Part shown: positions 26,639 through 36,983 of the stretch, in pieces
How the letters are laid out: each line of letters starts with the position of its first letter
Numbering within the stretch: the stretch's first letter is position 1
Source: an uncultured Gemmatimonadota bacterium
Lineage (GTDB): Bacteria; JAAXHH01
DNA: 64,000 nt
Reading direction: 5' to 3'
NCBI GenBank assembly: GCA_951812955.1
Contig: OX638340.1
Span: 1 to 64,000, forward strand
Notes under the pieces: generated by a model
Told to the model about the DNA's origin: nothing
What the model saw: only the letters and a program-made list of their open reading frames with translations
Databases searched by the model: none
Translations under genes and position numbers: made by a program

Positions 26639-29600
26639 GGACTCCGACGCGCGGGAGTCCGCTTCAATCCCGGCCAGCATTTCCCGCAGTCTTTTCGGGG
26701 AGACCGTCCTTGCGGTTCCGAGTTCCTGGGCGAAAACCGACACACGGTACTCTTCGAGCATCCATCTGAATTCACTGAGCAGGGCGGGATTCACGTCTTC
26801 CCGGTTGATCAACGCCCTCAGCGCGTCATCGAAGGGCCGGACCAGCGCGGCTTTTTTAAGGTCCTTCGAACGATCTTCCCGCGCCCGGAGATTCCGCGTT
26901 TCTACTGCCTTCAGAAATCGTACCAGGTTAGGCAATTCCACAGCCGGCGTTTTCAGCAGGAAGTCGCGCGGTATCAACCGCTTCAGATCGTCTTCCATGC
27001 CCGGGTACGCATCGGCCGTTCGCAGTTCTCCCCAGGAAACACTTTCCAGCTCCTGCATCTGTTGCCGAAACCAGTCCGGGAGTTTCTTCAAAAGCAAGCG
27101 CGCTGTCTCCACGTCTTCTTCGAAGCGCCGGGCCGTCAGGGGATACAGGGGCTCGCGGGTAAACAGCGCGCCCAGGAGGTGGCCGTAGGCGTAATCCAGC
27201 AGCGCTTCGAATCCGCCTGCATGTTCCGCCAGCCCGGGAAGATCCCGCAGGAATGCCAGGTCCCGGCGCATCCATGCCAGTTCGTCGCTCATCCGCCGTT
27301 CGAGCAGGCGGATCAGTCCCGTTCTCGTCTGCCGGTATGCCTCGTGCCGGTCCCGGAACAGGCGCAGATCCACCACGTCATCGTCAGCCTGCAGTCCGGG
27401 ATAGGCGTACTTCGGCAACGACCCCGACAGACCGGTTTCAATTTTGTCGGGCAGGTCGCCGGCCGGCCAGTCCCGCAGGTCATATCTTTCCCAGGTCTCC
27501 ACCGCCTTGCTCCAGTCTTCTGATTCGGCGGCGTTGGTACGGACCACGATTTCATTGCGGACCCGTTCCGGGTCGCGGGTCGTAAGGACGGTGCCGCCGT
27601 CCTCGCCGGTCACCAGGACGCGCATCCGGAGGTGATCCGGTATCGTGCCTGCCTCCCAGTCCGACCGGTCTATTTCGATTCCGTTATGTCTTGCGATGTA
27701 CTCCGTAAGCGCGCTGGCCAGGGAAGTATCAGTCGGGGACAGGTCCTCCGCGATCTTCCTGGCCGTATCGGGAATCGGTACGAGTAGCTTGCGTTTCCTT
27801 CCGGGCAATCCCCTCAGCATCGCCTCGATTTTCTCGCACAGCAGGCCCGGCACAAGCCAGTCCAGCGAATCGGGATTCAGCAGGTGTACCTTGTCCTGCG
27901 GCAGCGAAATGGTGACGCCGTCTTCTTCCCGGCCCGGTCGGCAGGCATACCGCAGGGGCAGCTTGTCGCCTTCCAGGTTGAAGTGTTCCGGAAAGTCCTC
28001 CGGCCAGTCTGGCAGGCCCGGACGGTCAATACGGTCCGGTTCATCCCCGGTTCCCGTGAGATCCTGAATCTCCATGCGAAGGAACGAGGCGTTTCCCTTC
28101 CCGCCGGTTTTGATCAACCGGTTGAGATCGTGTACCGAAGAAACCCTGGAAATCCGTTTCTCATAGAACCTGAAGGCGACCTCATCGAGATCGACACGAT
28201 AGGTGTTACGATGTTTCAATTGCCAGGTCTCGGCATCCCGGCGGATTTTGCGGTTGTGGTCCATGAAGCCGTAATGCGACCGCAGCTCGTCGTTGACCAG
28301 GGCCTCCCGGATGAAAATACGTGTCGCGTCATCGGGTTCGACCGCCTTGTAGTCGATCGTCCGGCGGTCGACCATCAGGCCGTGGAGGTGCAGCGTTTCG
28401 GTGACGGTCACCCGCTCGGCGGATCCGTCCCACCCCGGGTCCGTATGCGAGGCCCGGCACAGATGGCGGCCCAGTTCCGCGGCCCATCCAGGTTGTATTC
28501 GCGCCACGGTGCGCGCATAAAGCCGGTTGGTTTCGACCATTTCCGCGGCGACGATCCACGGCGCCGCTCCTACTCCCTCCCTTTGTCCGTCCTCTCCATC
28601 CTTCCCGTTATCGACGTCAAGCTGTCCCGTCGGACGCTTTCCTTGGCGTTTCGCGTCCGGCTTCCTTCGAAAGAGGACGGAACCGGGGAAGATCATGGCC
28701 GTTCGGTTCCGGGATCCGGTGTAGAGATTGCCTTCCCGCTGCTCGGCGACCTGGCTGAGCAGTCCGCTCAGGATCGAACGGTGGATTGCGTCGTAGTGCG
28801 CGCTACCGGATCGTCCCGACCGGCCGCGGAAACCGCCGGTTTCCCGGAGCGAGCGACGAAGTTGCACGTAGATGTCGCGCCATTCCCGCATGCGGTTGTA
28901 GGACAGATAGTGTTGCCGACAGAACCTGCGCATGGCCGCCTGGGTCTGCAGGTGCTCGAAAGTATTGTGAAAGGCATCCCAGATATTGAGCAGGGTCAGG
29001 AAATCCGAGGCCCCGTTCCTGAATTTGCGGTGTTCCCTGTCCGCCTGTTCCTGCTGGTCCAGGGGCCTTACCCGGGGATCTTGAATGCTGATGGCCGATG
29101 CGATCACGAGGATCTCCTGCAGGGCGCCTTCCTCGCGAGCCTGCAGCAGCATGCGCGACACCGTGGGCGACACCGGCAGTCTGGCCATGTCCCGCCCACG
29201 GCCGGTCAGCTTCCGTTCCCGGTCGATGGCGCCCAGTTCGGCAAGCAGCTGGAATCCGTCCCGTATGGCCTGGGGCGTGGGCCGGTCCAGAAAGGGGAAG
29301 GCGTGGACGTCGCCCAGTTTCAACACCAGCATGCGCAGGATGACCTCGGCGAGATTGGCGCGCTGCAACTCGGGCGTGGTATACTCTGCCCGGTTCGCCA
29401 GGTCGGATTCGCTGTAGAGTCTCAGGCAGACGCCTCCGGATACGCGTCCGCAGCGTCCCGCCCGCTGCAGGGCGCTGCTCTGCGCGATGGGCTCGATGGG
29501 CAGCCGCTGGGTGCGGGTCCTCGAGGCGTAGCGGCTTATCCGTGCGAAACCGGTGTCGACGACGTACTTTATGCGGGGTATGGTCAGCGAGGTCTCCGCG

Positions 29601-30676
29601 ACGTTTGTTGCCACCACGATGCGGCGGTTGTTGCCAGGCCGGAAGACACGTTGCTGGTCCGCGTTGGTCAGCCGGCCGAAAAGCGGCAGCACGTCGGTGT
29701 GCCGGTAGGACCTTCCTACGAGCCGCCTGCGTGTCTCGTGTATGTCCTTCTCCGTGGGAAGAAAAACAAGGATGTCGCCCTGGCCCGGTTCTTCCATTAT
29801 CCGGTCGACCGCGTCCACCGCCCCGTCGACATAGGTATAGTCCTCGGTTTCGCCCCGGGTTTCTTCGAGGGGTAGATAGCGTATTTCCACCGGGTACAGG
29901 CGTCCGGAAACCTCGATGACCGGTGCCTGGCCGAAGGCGTCTGAGAACGCGGTCGCATCGATCGTCGCCGAGGTGACCACGATTTTCAGATCCTTCCTGC
30001 GTCGGATCAGCAGCCGCAGGTATCCCAGCAGGAAATCGATGTTCAGGCTGCGCTCGTGGGCCTCGTCGATGATGATCGTGTCGTATTCCAGCAGGTCGGG
30101 ATCGTGCTGTATCTCGGCAAGCAGCATGCCGTCGGTCATCATCTTGACGCGGGTCTCGGCCACGGTCTCGTCCGTGAACCGGATCTTGCACCCGACTTCC
30201 CTTCCCCAGGTCACGTCGAGCTCTTCGGCGATGCGACGCGAGACTGACAGCGCGGCGACCCGGCGGGGCTGCGTGCACGCGATGCGTCCGTACACGCCCC
30301 GGCCCGCTTCGAGACATATTCTGGGCAGTTGCGTCGTCTTGCCCGAGCCGGTCTCTCCCGTTACGATGACGACGGGATGACCGCGCAGGGTTTCGAGTAT
30401 TTCATCCTTCTTTGCCGCAATGGGAAGTTGGGCGTCGATGGAGATGGACGCGTGGGACTGGAGGCGCTGATCCACGAGCGCGGCCGAAGCCTCGGCCCGA
30501 TTCTTCAACCTGGCAAGCCGGTCGTGGTCCCCTCGCCGAGCGCCGCGCAGCTTCTTCAACTGCCGCTCTATTTCGCGGCGGTCGTTCAGCGTGCACCGCG
30601 CGAGAAGTCCCCTTATTTCATCCGGCAAGTGATGACCGGGTGCCGGCATCCTGGAATGCGTAGTCTTGCCGTTCAT
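26633..30676 (-). CDS. hrpA: ATP-dependent RNA helicase HrpA (DEAH/RHA family, 1347 aa)
   Basis: '[14 protein letters not shown]', '[10 protein letters not shown]', 'TSAT', '[12 protein letters not shown]' and 'QRAGRCGR' are followed by the long HA2/OB/HrpA C-terminal region. Confidence 0.9.
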   Translation of the reverse strand: MNGKTTHSRMPAPGHHLPDEIRGLLARCTLNDRREIERQLKKLRGARRGDHDRLARLKNRAEASAALVDQRLQSHASISIDAQLPIAAKKDEILETLRGHPVVIVTGETGSGKTTQLPRICLEAGRGVYGRIACTQPRRVAALSVSRRIAEELDVTWGREVGCKIRFTDETVAETRVKMMTDGMLLAEIQHDPDLLEYDTIIIDEAHERSLNIDFLLGYLRLLIRRRKDLKIVVTSATIDATAFSDAFGQAPVIEVSGRLYPVEIRYLPLEETRGETEDYTYVDGAVDAVDRIMEEPGQGDILVFLPTEKDIHETRRRLVGRSYRHTDVLPLFGRLTNADQQRVFRPGNNRRIVVATNVAETSLTIPRIKYVVDTGFARISRYASRTRTQRLPIEPIAQSSALQRAGRCGRVSGGVCLRLYSESDLANRAEYTTPELQRANLAEVILRMLVLKLGDVHAFPFLDRPTPQAIRDGFQLLAELGAIDRERKLTGRGRDMARLPVSPTVSRMLLQAREEGALQEILVIASAISIQDPRVRPLDQQEQADREHRKFRNGASDFLTLLNIWDAFHNTFEHLQTQAAMRRFCRQHYLSYNRMREWRDIYVQLRRSLRETGGFRGRSGRSGSAHYDAIHRSILSGLLSQVAEQREGNLYTGSRNRTAMIFPGSVLFRRKPDAKRQGKRPTGQLDVDNGKDGEDGQREGVGAAPWIVAAEMVETNRLYARTVARIQPGWAAELGRHLCRASHTDPGWDGSAERVTVTETLHLHGLMVDRRTIDYKAVEPDDATRIFIREALVNDELRSHYGFMDHNRKIRRDAETWQLKHRNTYRVDLDEVAFRFYEKRISRVSSVHDLNRLIKTGGKGNASFLRMEIQDLTGTGDEPDRIDRPGLPDWPEDFPEHFNLEGDKLPLRYACRPGREEDGVTISLPQDKVHLLNPDSLDWLVPGLLCEKIEAMLRGLPGRKRKLLVPIPDTARKIAEDLSPTDTSLASALTEYIARHNGIEIDRSDWEAGTIPDHLRMRVLVTGEDGGTVLTTRDPERVRNEIVVRTNAAESEDWSKAVETWERYDLRDWPAGDLPDKIETGLSGSLPKYAYPGLQADDDVVDLRLFRDRHEAYRQTRTGLIRLLERRMSDELAWMRRDLAFLRDLPGLAEHAGGFEALLDYAYGHLLGALFTREPLYPLTARRFEEDVETARLLLKKLPDWFRQQMQELESVSWGELRTADAYPGMEDDLKRLIPRDFLLKTPAVELPNLVRFLKAVETRNLRAREDRSKDLKKAALVRPFDDALRALINREDVNPALLSEFRWMLEEYRVSVFAQELGTARTVSPKRLREMLAGIEADSRASESS

Positions 30677-31189
30677 GAGTATCCGTTTCTTGCACGATTA
30701 AGGTTGACTCCGACCGAACCTGGCTGTTACGCAAGTAGGCCGGTACGACAAGGCTCGCTACGGTACCGCCGCAAAAAGTCACTGATGCGCACCAGTTTCG
30801 AATAGATGCTGATGGACCTGGTGAGCGGGGATGGGCGCGAATGCTCGCAGCGCGATAAATGACAGATTACGAATTAAGATCTCGGAATCAAAACCCATTC
30901 TTAACGTGTGTTAGGGAAAAGAAGAGGGGTAAATGCGCGACACGCTGGTTTTTAGGCTACCAAATGAACGCGTATTTTGATTTCTATTCGATCACCAGGA
31001 GCTAAATCAGTCTGCATGGGTTGACGGGAATAACACTTTACTGTAAAAATGGTTTGGTTTAATAACTTACATTACAAATTCTGCTACTAACGTAAGTCTG
31101 ACTCCAATTAGCATTCCACGTAGCCCGAACTCACGTAGCGTATCAGGAGTGCTATTCTTCCACAACCTGCCCGTGAGGAGAACGCAAAG

Positions 31190-32464
31190 ATGAATCCGGC
31201 GCAGCGATTGGTTTCTCACTTGATACCCCCTCTTGTGATGATTGCGGGGTTGCTGCCGGCGACCTTTAGCATGGCCTGTCGGGGCGGGCAGGATGCCCCC
31301 GAGCCAGATGCCGGCGGACGAGGAATGAATACGCCGCACCCGGCAACAGCGCAGGGTGAAGGCCGGGAGGACCCCGGGTTTTCCGACGGCCATGTCCTTT
31401 TTGGCCAGTCCGCCGCGTTCACCGGACCTGCACGGGAATTGGGCCAGGCGATGCGCCTTGGTATCGAGGCGGCATTTCTCGAGGCCAATCAGGGTGGAGG
31501 GGTCTATGGCCGCGAACTGCAGCTCAGGGCGTTGGATGACGGATATGAAACCTACTTTGCCGTTTCCAATACGCAACAGTTGATTGAGAATGAAAAGGTC
31601 TTCGCGCTGATCGGCGCGGTGGGCACGCCCACGTCCCGTGCCGCATTGCCGCTGGCCCGATCAGCCGGGGTGCCTTTCCTGGCTCCGTTCACGGGGGCGG
31701 AGTTCCTGCGCGACCGGGAACTGGACAATGTGCTCAACGTCCGGGCTTCGTACTACCAGGAAACCGAAGAGATGGTGTCGAGGCTCACCGAGGACCTGGG
31801 GATCACCCGCGTTGCCGTCCTCTATCAGGACGATTCCTTCGGCATGAACGGGCTGGAGGGCACGCGATTGGCGCTGGAACGCAGGGGACTGGCGCCGGTA
31901 GCGGCCGCGCATTACCCGCGCAATACCCGCGCGGTGAAGGGAGCATCACTCAATATCACGGCGGCCAATCCGGAAGCCGTGATCATGATCGGTTCCTACA
32001 GGCCGGTGGTCAGGACCATAGAGCTGGTGCGGCGGGAGATGGAACCGGTATTCATGACGGTCTCCTTTGTGGGGAGCAACGCCCTGGCGAACGCGTTGGG
32101 GTCCTCCGGGACCGGCGTGTACGTTACGCAAGTAGTCCCTCTCCCCAATGATGAAAACATCCCCGTGGTGGCTCGATATCAACGCGCCCTCTCCGAGTAC
32201 GACCCCAAGGCCGAGCCCGGTTTCGTTTCACTGGAGGGTTACCTGGCCGGACGCCTGGCCGTCGCCGGTCTCAAGGCTTGCGGCCCCGACCTGAGTCGAG
32301 CGTGCCTGCTCCAGTCGGTACGAAATGCCGGCGCCATAGAAATCGACGGCATCCAGCTCGAATACGGGCCGGACGATAACCAGGGTTCCAATGCCGTGTT
32401 CTTGACCGTGATTGGTGCGGACGGCAAGTATCACGGGGTCGAAGACCTGAGAGGCTCGTACTGA
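31190..32464 (+). CDS. Periplasmic substrate-binding protein, LivK/branched-chain-amino-acid type (type I PBP)
   Basis: GAGGAG RBS. A signal/lipoprotein-like N-terminus ('LLPATFSMAC') is followed by 'VLFGQSAAFTGPA...LGQAMRLG', 'VFALIGAVGTPTS' and 'PFLAPFTGA'. No cognate permease or ATPase genes are adjacent. Confidence 0.75.
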   Translation: MNPAQRLVSHLIPPLVMIAGLLPATFSMACRGGQDAPEPDAGGRGMNTPHPATAQGEGREDPGFSDGHVLFGQSAAFTGPARELGQAMRLGIEAAFLEANQGGGVYGRELQLRALDDGYETYFAVSNTQQLIENEKVFALIGAVGTPTSRAALPLARSAGVPFLAPFTGAEFLRDRELDNVLNVRASYYQETEEMVSRLTEDLGITRVAVLYQDDSFGMNGLEGTRLALERRGLAPVAAAHYPRNTRAVKGASLNITAANPEAVIMIGSYRPVVRTIELVRREMEPVFMTVSFVGSNALANALGSSGTGVYVTQVVPLPNDENIPVVARYQRALSEYDPKAEPGFVSLEGYLAGRLAVAGLKACGPDLSRACLLQSVRNAGAIEIDGIQLEYGPDDNQGSNAVFLTVIGADGKYHGVEDLRGSY

Positions 32465-32499
32465 AGTCCCCCTGAACTGCACCAGTGGAGAACCACAAG

Positions 32500-34257
32500 A
32501 TGTCCATGGAAGGCTTCTCGCTCCAAGAGATAGTGGATCTGTTCAGATTAGCTGAGCACACGCCCGAACTGCACCAATCGTTGCTGACGCTCGGTATGCT
32601 CATCATCGTTGCCAAGTTGGCCGAGGGCGCTTTTCGCAGGCTGCGGCTGAACTCCATCATAGCCTATGCAGCGACAGGTATGTTCCTTGGTCCGGTTTTG
32701 GAATTGACCGGTGTCTGGTGGATTGAGTCTACGCTGCACCTCGAGTTGGTTTTGGCGCTGGGCGTGTTCATCTTTTTTTTCCTGATCGGCCTGGACGAAG
32801 TGGATATTTCCAGTTTCATGTCGTCCCTCAAGGGCCATTACTTCCTCGCGGCTATACTGTCCGTGATCGTGTCACTCGGCATATCTATGCTGGTCACCAC
32901 CGAATTGGTTTTCGATTTCGGTCTGAAACTGAATTTCACCGAGTCGCTGGCGCTGGCCGGCGTACTGTCGATGACCAGTCTGGGCATCGTGGCCAAAGTG
33001 CTGACAGATGGTGGATACCTGAAACAGCCGGTCGGACTGCAGATTTTCACCGTGGTGATCATCGCCGAGTTGATTGCCCTGCTGCTGATCGGCTTCAGCA
33101 TCGGTGAGCACGCCCACCAGGTTTCACCTCTCGGCATTCTGGTTTTGCTGTGCAAAGTGGCCGGTTTTTCGGTGGTGACCTGGATATTGTCGTCGCGGGT
33201 GCTGCCGCCGTTGGTGGCGCTGTTGCAGCGGGTGATCCAGGTGCCCCAACTCTCCCTGGGTCTGCTGCTTGGCATGCTCTTCCTGATCGTGTACGGCGCG
33301 GAAGCAGTGGGGCTCCACGGCTCACTCGGCGCTTTACTGTTCGGAGCGTCGCTGTCGAGCCTTCCCTACCAGGTGCAGCGGGAGATTATTCCTGGGATTC
33401 GCAGCGTGGCCGAAGGGTTTTTCGTACCGCTCTTCTTTGCTTCCGTCGGATTGAGCTTCAGCTTTACCTTCGTAACCTTGCCGCTGGCGGCCATGGCGGG
33501 GTTGGCGCTGATCCCTCTAATTGGCAATTTCACCGGCGCCTTCATCGGGGCATACGTGTCGCGCCTCACCGTTCCCTACGCCGTGGCAACCGGGTTGATG
33601 GGCAAAGGAGTGGCTGAAATCGCGCTGTTGCTGGTTATGTGGGGATCTGGAATCATCGACGAGGTGGTATTCTCATTCCTTGTGCTGGTCATGTTCTGCT
33701 ACATCCTGTTCATGCCGGCGGTGATTAACTACGCGGTAGGCCGGGCCAGCCGCAGGACCGACCTGCCAGCGCAACTTGACGACATTCCGATGGGAATAGT
33801 CCGCTTCGCGCTGGAAGACATCAGGATTGATGACATTCTGGACCGCTCGCATGGGTATCCTGCGTCTTCGGTCTCAGTGCGTGATTTCACTGAGCAGTGG
33901 GTCGTTCCGCACCAGTCCCACTATGTCGTGGCAGATAAGGAAGCGCTGGTTGGGATCGTGTCCCTGGAGATGCTCCGCTACCTGCCTAAGGACGATTGGG
34001 GCAAGACCAGGCTAGACACCGTGGTACGCCGCCAAACCCCCAAGGCCTGGCCTGATGAGCAAGTCGAAGACATACTGCACCGAATGTCGGAGAGTTCTCT
34101 TTCCGTCATGCCCGTCGTGGAAAGGGATACGGAAAAGTTCATAGGCGCGGTCACCAGCAGCGACATCATCCAGCTCATGACCATGGATGCCATGGGCGAG
34201 AGCAGACCGCCGCACCGCTCGGTCAACACCTCGACAAGATCCCTGCAGGACCATTGA
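32500..34257 (+). CDS. Cation:proton antiporter (CPA2/Kef-like membrane domain) fused to a C-terminal CBS pair
   Basis: About 12 TM with 'LLTLGMLIIVAKLAEGAFRRLRL' typical of the Na_H_exchanger N-terminus. The C-terminal ~150 aa contain two CBS-like units ('HYVVADKEALVGIVSLEML' and 'LSVMPVVERDTEKFIGAVTSSDII'). ATG 32500 is preceded by GGAG. Confidence 0.8.
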   Translation: MSMEGFSLQEIVDLFRLAEHTPELHQSLLTLGMLIIVAKLAEGAFRRLRLNSIIAYAATGMFLGPVLELTGVWWIESTLHLELVLALGVFIFFFLIGLDEVDISSFMSSLKGHYFLAAILSVIVSLGISMLVTTELVFDFGLKLNFTESLALAGVLSMTSLGIVAKVLTDGGYLKQPVGLQIFTVVIIAELIALLLIGFSIGEHAHQVSPLGILVLLCKVAGFSVVTWILSSRVLPPLVALLQRVIQVPQLSLGLLLGMLFLIVYGAEAVGLHGSLGALLFGASLSSLPYQVQREIIPGIRSVAEGFFVPLFFASVGLSFSFTFVTLPLAAMAGLALIPLIGNFTGAFIGAYVSRLTVPYAVATGLMGKGVAEIALLLVMWGSGIIDEVVFSFLVLVMFCYILFMPAVINYAVGRASRRTDLPAQLDDIPMGIVRFALEDIRIDDILDRSHGYPASSVSVRDFTEQWVVPHQSHYVVADKEALVGIVSLEMLRYLPKDDWGKTRLDTVVRRQTPKAWPDEQVEDILHRMSESSLSVMPVVERDTEKFIGAVTSSDIIQLMTMDAMGESRPPHRSVNTSTRSLQDH

Positions 34258-34296
34258 AGCGGCAGTCTTTCTGCGGCCACCGCGCCAGGGATATTC

Positions 34297-35496
34297 CTAC
34301 ATCAGCAGGCCCGCCACGGTGGCGGTCATGTTGGCGGCCAGGGCGCCGCCGATCATGGACCGTATACCGAACCGGGCGATGTCCTTGCGACGCTCCGGCA
34401 CCAGCCCGCCGATCCCCCCGATCATGATCGCGATGGTACCGAAGTTGGCGAAACTGCACAGCGCGTAGGTGGCGATGACGAATGATCGCTCCGACAACTG
34501 TGCCTCCATCGCGCTGAGGTCCTGGTAGGCAAGAAATTCGTTCAGAATGGTCTTCTTGCCGATCAGCATGCCCACGGCCTGGGCGTCTTCCCACGAAACG
34601 CCCATGAGCAGCGCCAGCGGCGCGCAGACCCATCCCAGGATGCGTTCGAGGGACAGCGGCGCGCCGTCCAGATGGGGGGCGAGTCCCACAGCCCAGTTGA
34701 ACAGGCTGACGAAGGCGATGGCCACGATAAGCATGGCGGCCACGTTCAGTGCCAGTCTCAAACCGTCCGACGCTCCGCTGCAGGCTGCGTCGATAAAGTT
34801 GACGCCCGGTTTCGGCACGTCCACGGTCACCACGCCCAGGGTACGTGACGTTTCGGTCTCGGGCGTCATGATCTTGGCGATGACCAGCGCCGCGGGCGCC
34901 GACATGAGCGATGCGGCCAGGAGATGGCCCGCGTCGGCGCCCAGGGCGACATAGGCGGCGAGCACGGATCCGGCCACGGTCGCCATGCCCGAAGTCATCA
35001 TGGCCATGATCTCGGACCGGGTCATGGTCTTCAGGTAGGGCAGGATGACGAGGGGCGCCGTGGAGGCGCCGAGATAGACGTTCGCCGCCGCAGCCATGGA
35101 TTCCGAGCCGGACGCGCCCATGGCGCGCACCATGACCTTGGCCATCTGCCGGACGACCCACTGAATCCACCCCAGGTAGAACAGGATCGAAGTGATGGAG
35201 GAAACGAAGATGATCATCGGGAGCACGGAGAAGCCGAACAACGCCGTTTCCACCAGGTCGCCGAAGACGAATCGCGCCCCTTCGTTGGAGAAGGCGATTA
35301 CCTTGTTAATGGCCAGCCGGGCCAGGTCGAAGACCAGTTGGCCTGGCGCCGTGTGCAGCAGCAGCAGGGCGAGCAGGGCTTGAAGACCCAGGCCGCTTCC
35401 GATCAGCCGCCAGTTCAATCGCCGCCGGTTCTCCGAGAGAAGCCAGGCTATACCCAGAAGGACCAGCAAGCCTAAAAGGCCAATTACGCGTTCCAT
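34297..35496 (-). CDS. nupC: Concentrative nucleoside transporter (NupC/CNT family)
   Basis: 'GLLGLLVLLGIAWLLSENRR.INWRLI' is the characteristic CNT N-terminus, and the C-terminal 'FANFGTIAIMIGGIG' region is conserved. The start lies 3 nt after the GT2 stop. Confidence 0.85.
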   Translation of the reverse strand: MERVIGLLGLLVLLGIAWLLSENRRRLNWRLIGSGLGLQALLALLLLHTAPGQLVFDLARLAINKVIAFSNEGARFVFGDLVETALFGFSVLPMIIFVSSITSILFYLGWIQWVVRQMAKVMVRAMGASGSESMAAAANVYLGASTAPLVILPYLKTMTRSEIMAMMTSGMATVAGSVLAAYVALGADAGHLLAASLMSAPAALVIAKIMTPETETSRTLGVVTVDVPKPGVNFIDAACSGASDGLRLALNVAAMLIVAIAFVSLFNWAVGLAPHLDGAPLSLERILGWVCAPLALLMGVSWEDAQAVGMLIGKKTILNEFLAYQDLSAMEAQLSERSFVIATYALCSFANFGTIAIMIGGIGGLVPERRKDIARFGIRSMIGGALAANMTATVAGLLM

Positions 35497-35499
35497 TGG

Positions 35500-36981
35500 T
35501 TATCCCCGGCTGGCGGTTCGCGGCCACAGGGAGGCCAGGCCGACGTACAGGAATCCGGCGAAAAACAGGCAGAGGAAGGGGATGGAAGGGTAGATGCCGT
35601 TGATGGCCGTGTAGTATATCAACAGGCCGAAGTGCACGGCGAACAGCAGCTCCAGCGCCGGAAGCCAGTTCCGGATCCCCCGGTAGCGCAGCCTGCGCCA
35701 CCGGACCGCCTGCTCCGTCCTGCTTAGGATGCCGTATTTCGGCGTCCGTTGAAAACCCGACTTGAGGTTCAGCAGCGCTTCCATGACGGCCCGCGTGTTG
35801 TTGAGGCAGATGCCAATGCCGATGGACATGAGCACAGGGAGATAAAGGGGACACCAAATCCACCGGGTGCGGTTTATTTCGAACTGCGCAAACAGGTAGA
35901 AGAGCGATACGGATACCGTGGCCGCGCAAAGAAAGGGCAGGTCGATCCAGAAGGAATTGATCCACCCGGCCTGCACCCGGATTACTATTGATGGAAAGAT
36001 CAGGACCGACAGCAGCAGCATGAGCATGTAGGCCATGTTGTTGGTGAGGTGATAGGTCGCCTCAAGCTTGTTGCGGAAGGGCAGCGAGCTGCGCCATACC
36101 GATGGAAGCATTTTCTTCGCGGTCTGGATGGATCCCTTGGACCACCGGTGCTGCTGGGTCTTGAATGCGTTCATTTCCACCGGGAGTTCAGAGGGGGTGG
36201 ATACATCTTCCAGGAACAGGAACCGCTGGCCCTGGAGTTGCGCCCGGTAGCTGAGGTCGAGATCCTCGGTCAGCGTGTCGTGCTGCCAGCCGCCCGCCGC
36301 ATCGATGCAATCCCGCCGCCAGATCCCCGCCGTCCCGTTAAAGTTGAAGAACCTGCCCGACCGGTTTCGCGCGCCGTGCTCCATGACGAAGTGTCCGTCC
36401 AGCATGATCGCTTGGACTCTGGTCAGGATCGAGTAGCCGCGGTTGAGATAGGACCAACGGGTCTGCACCATGCCCACCCGTTCGTCACCGAATCGGTGCA
36501 TCGTGTTCCTCAGGAATCCCGTAGGCGGGATGAAGTCTGCGTCGAAAATGGCGATGAATTCTCCCCTGGCCGCCTGCATTCCCGCCTGCAACGCACCCGC
36601 TTTGTAGCCCGTACGATCCGTCCGGTGCAGGTAGTGGATGTCGAAGCCGGCTTCCCTGTATCTTGTCACGCACCGGGCCGCTATTTCGCGGGTCTCGTCG
36701 GTAGAGTCGTCCAGGACCTGGATTTCCAGGCAATCGCGTGGATAGTCGATCCGGCAGACGGCGTCGATCAGCCTTTCCACCACGTACTGTTCGTTGTAAA
36801 GGGGTAGTTGTACGGTAACCGAGGGGGGCGGATCTGCGAGGGCTTCCGGCTTTACAGGCCGGGCCCGTTTCTTATATTTATAATACAGATACACCATGAG
36901 GTAACGGTGCATGCCGTAGACTGCGAGCAGGAACAGGACGAAGAAGTAGAGGATAATGAAGATCAGCGAAAGATAGCTCAT
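35500..36981 (-). CDS. Family-2 glycosyltransferase, processive beta-glycan-synthase type (CslA/cellulose-synthase-like)
   Basis: An N-terminal TM is followed by 'VTVQLPLYNE', 'QVLDDSTD', 'IFDADF', 'TEDLDLS' and 'QQHRWSKG' (a QxxRW motif), then C-terminal TMs. Confidence 0.85.
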   Translation of the reverse strand: MSYLSLIFIILYFFVLFLLAVYGMHRYLMVYLYYKYKKRARPVKPEALADPPPSVTVQLPLYNEQYVVERLIDAVCRIDYPRDCLEIQVLDDSTDETREIAARCVTRYREAGFDIHYLHRTDRTGYKAGALQAGMQAARGEFIAIFDADFIPPTGFLRNTMHRFGDERVGMVQTRWSYLNRGYSILTRVQAIMLDGHFVMEHGARNRSGRFFNFNGTAGIWRRDCIDAAGGWQHDTLTEDLDLSYRAQLQGQRFLFLEDVSTPSELPVEMNAFKTQQHRWSKGSIQTAKKMLPSVWRSSLPFRNKLEATYHLTNNMAYMLMLLLSVLIFPSIVIRVQAGWINSFWIDLPFLCAATVSVSLFYLFAQFEINRTRWIWCPLYLPVLMSIGIGICLNNTRAVMEALLNLKSGFQRTPKYGILSRTEQAVRWRRLRYRGIRNWLPALELLFAVHFGLLIYYTAINGIYPSIPFLCLFFAGFLYVGLASLWPRTASRG

Positions 36982-36983
36982 AC

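Noticed and set aside
27884-29875. 663-aa plus-strand ORF, plus similar long ORFs such as 45723..47549(-), 36978..38126(-), 48306..49547(-), 6365..7171(-), 10495..11505(+), 11516..12439(+), 22487..23446(-) and 28803..30317(-).
   Set aside because: Each lies antisense to or out of frame with a gene that has clear family motifs (hrpA, the DUF255 gene, the GT-C gene, the PcfJ-like gene, lptF/G, nadE). Their products are Arg/Pro/Gly/Ala/His-rich with no motifs. This is the usual stop-poor shadow-ORF behaviour of GC-rich DNA.
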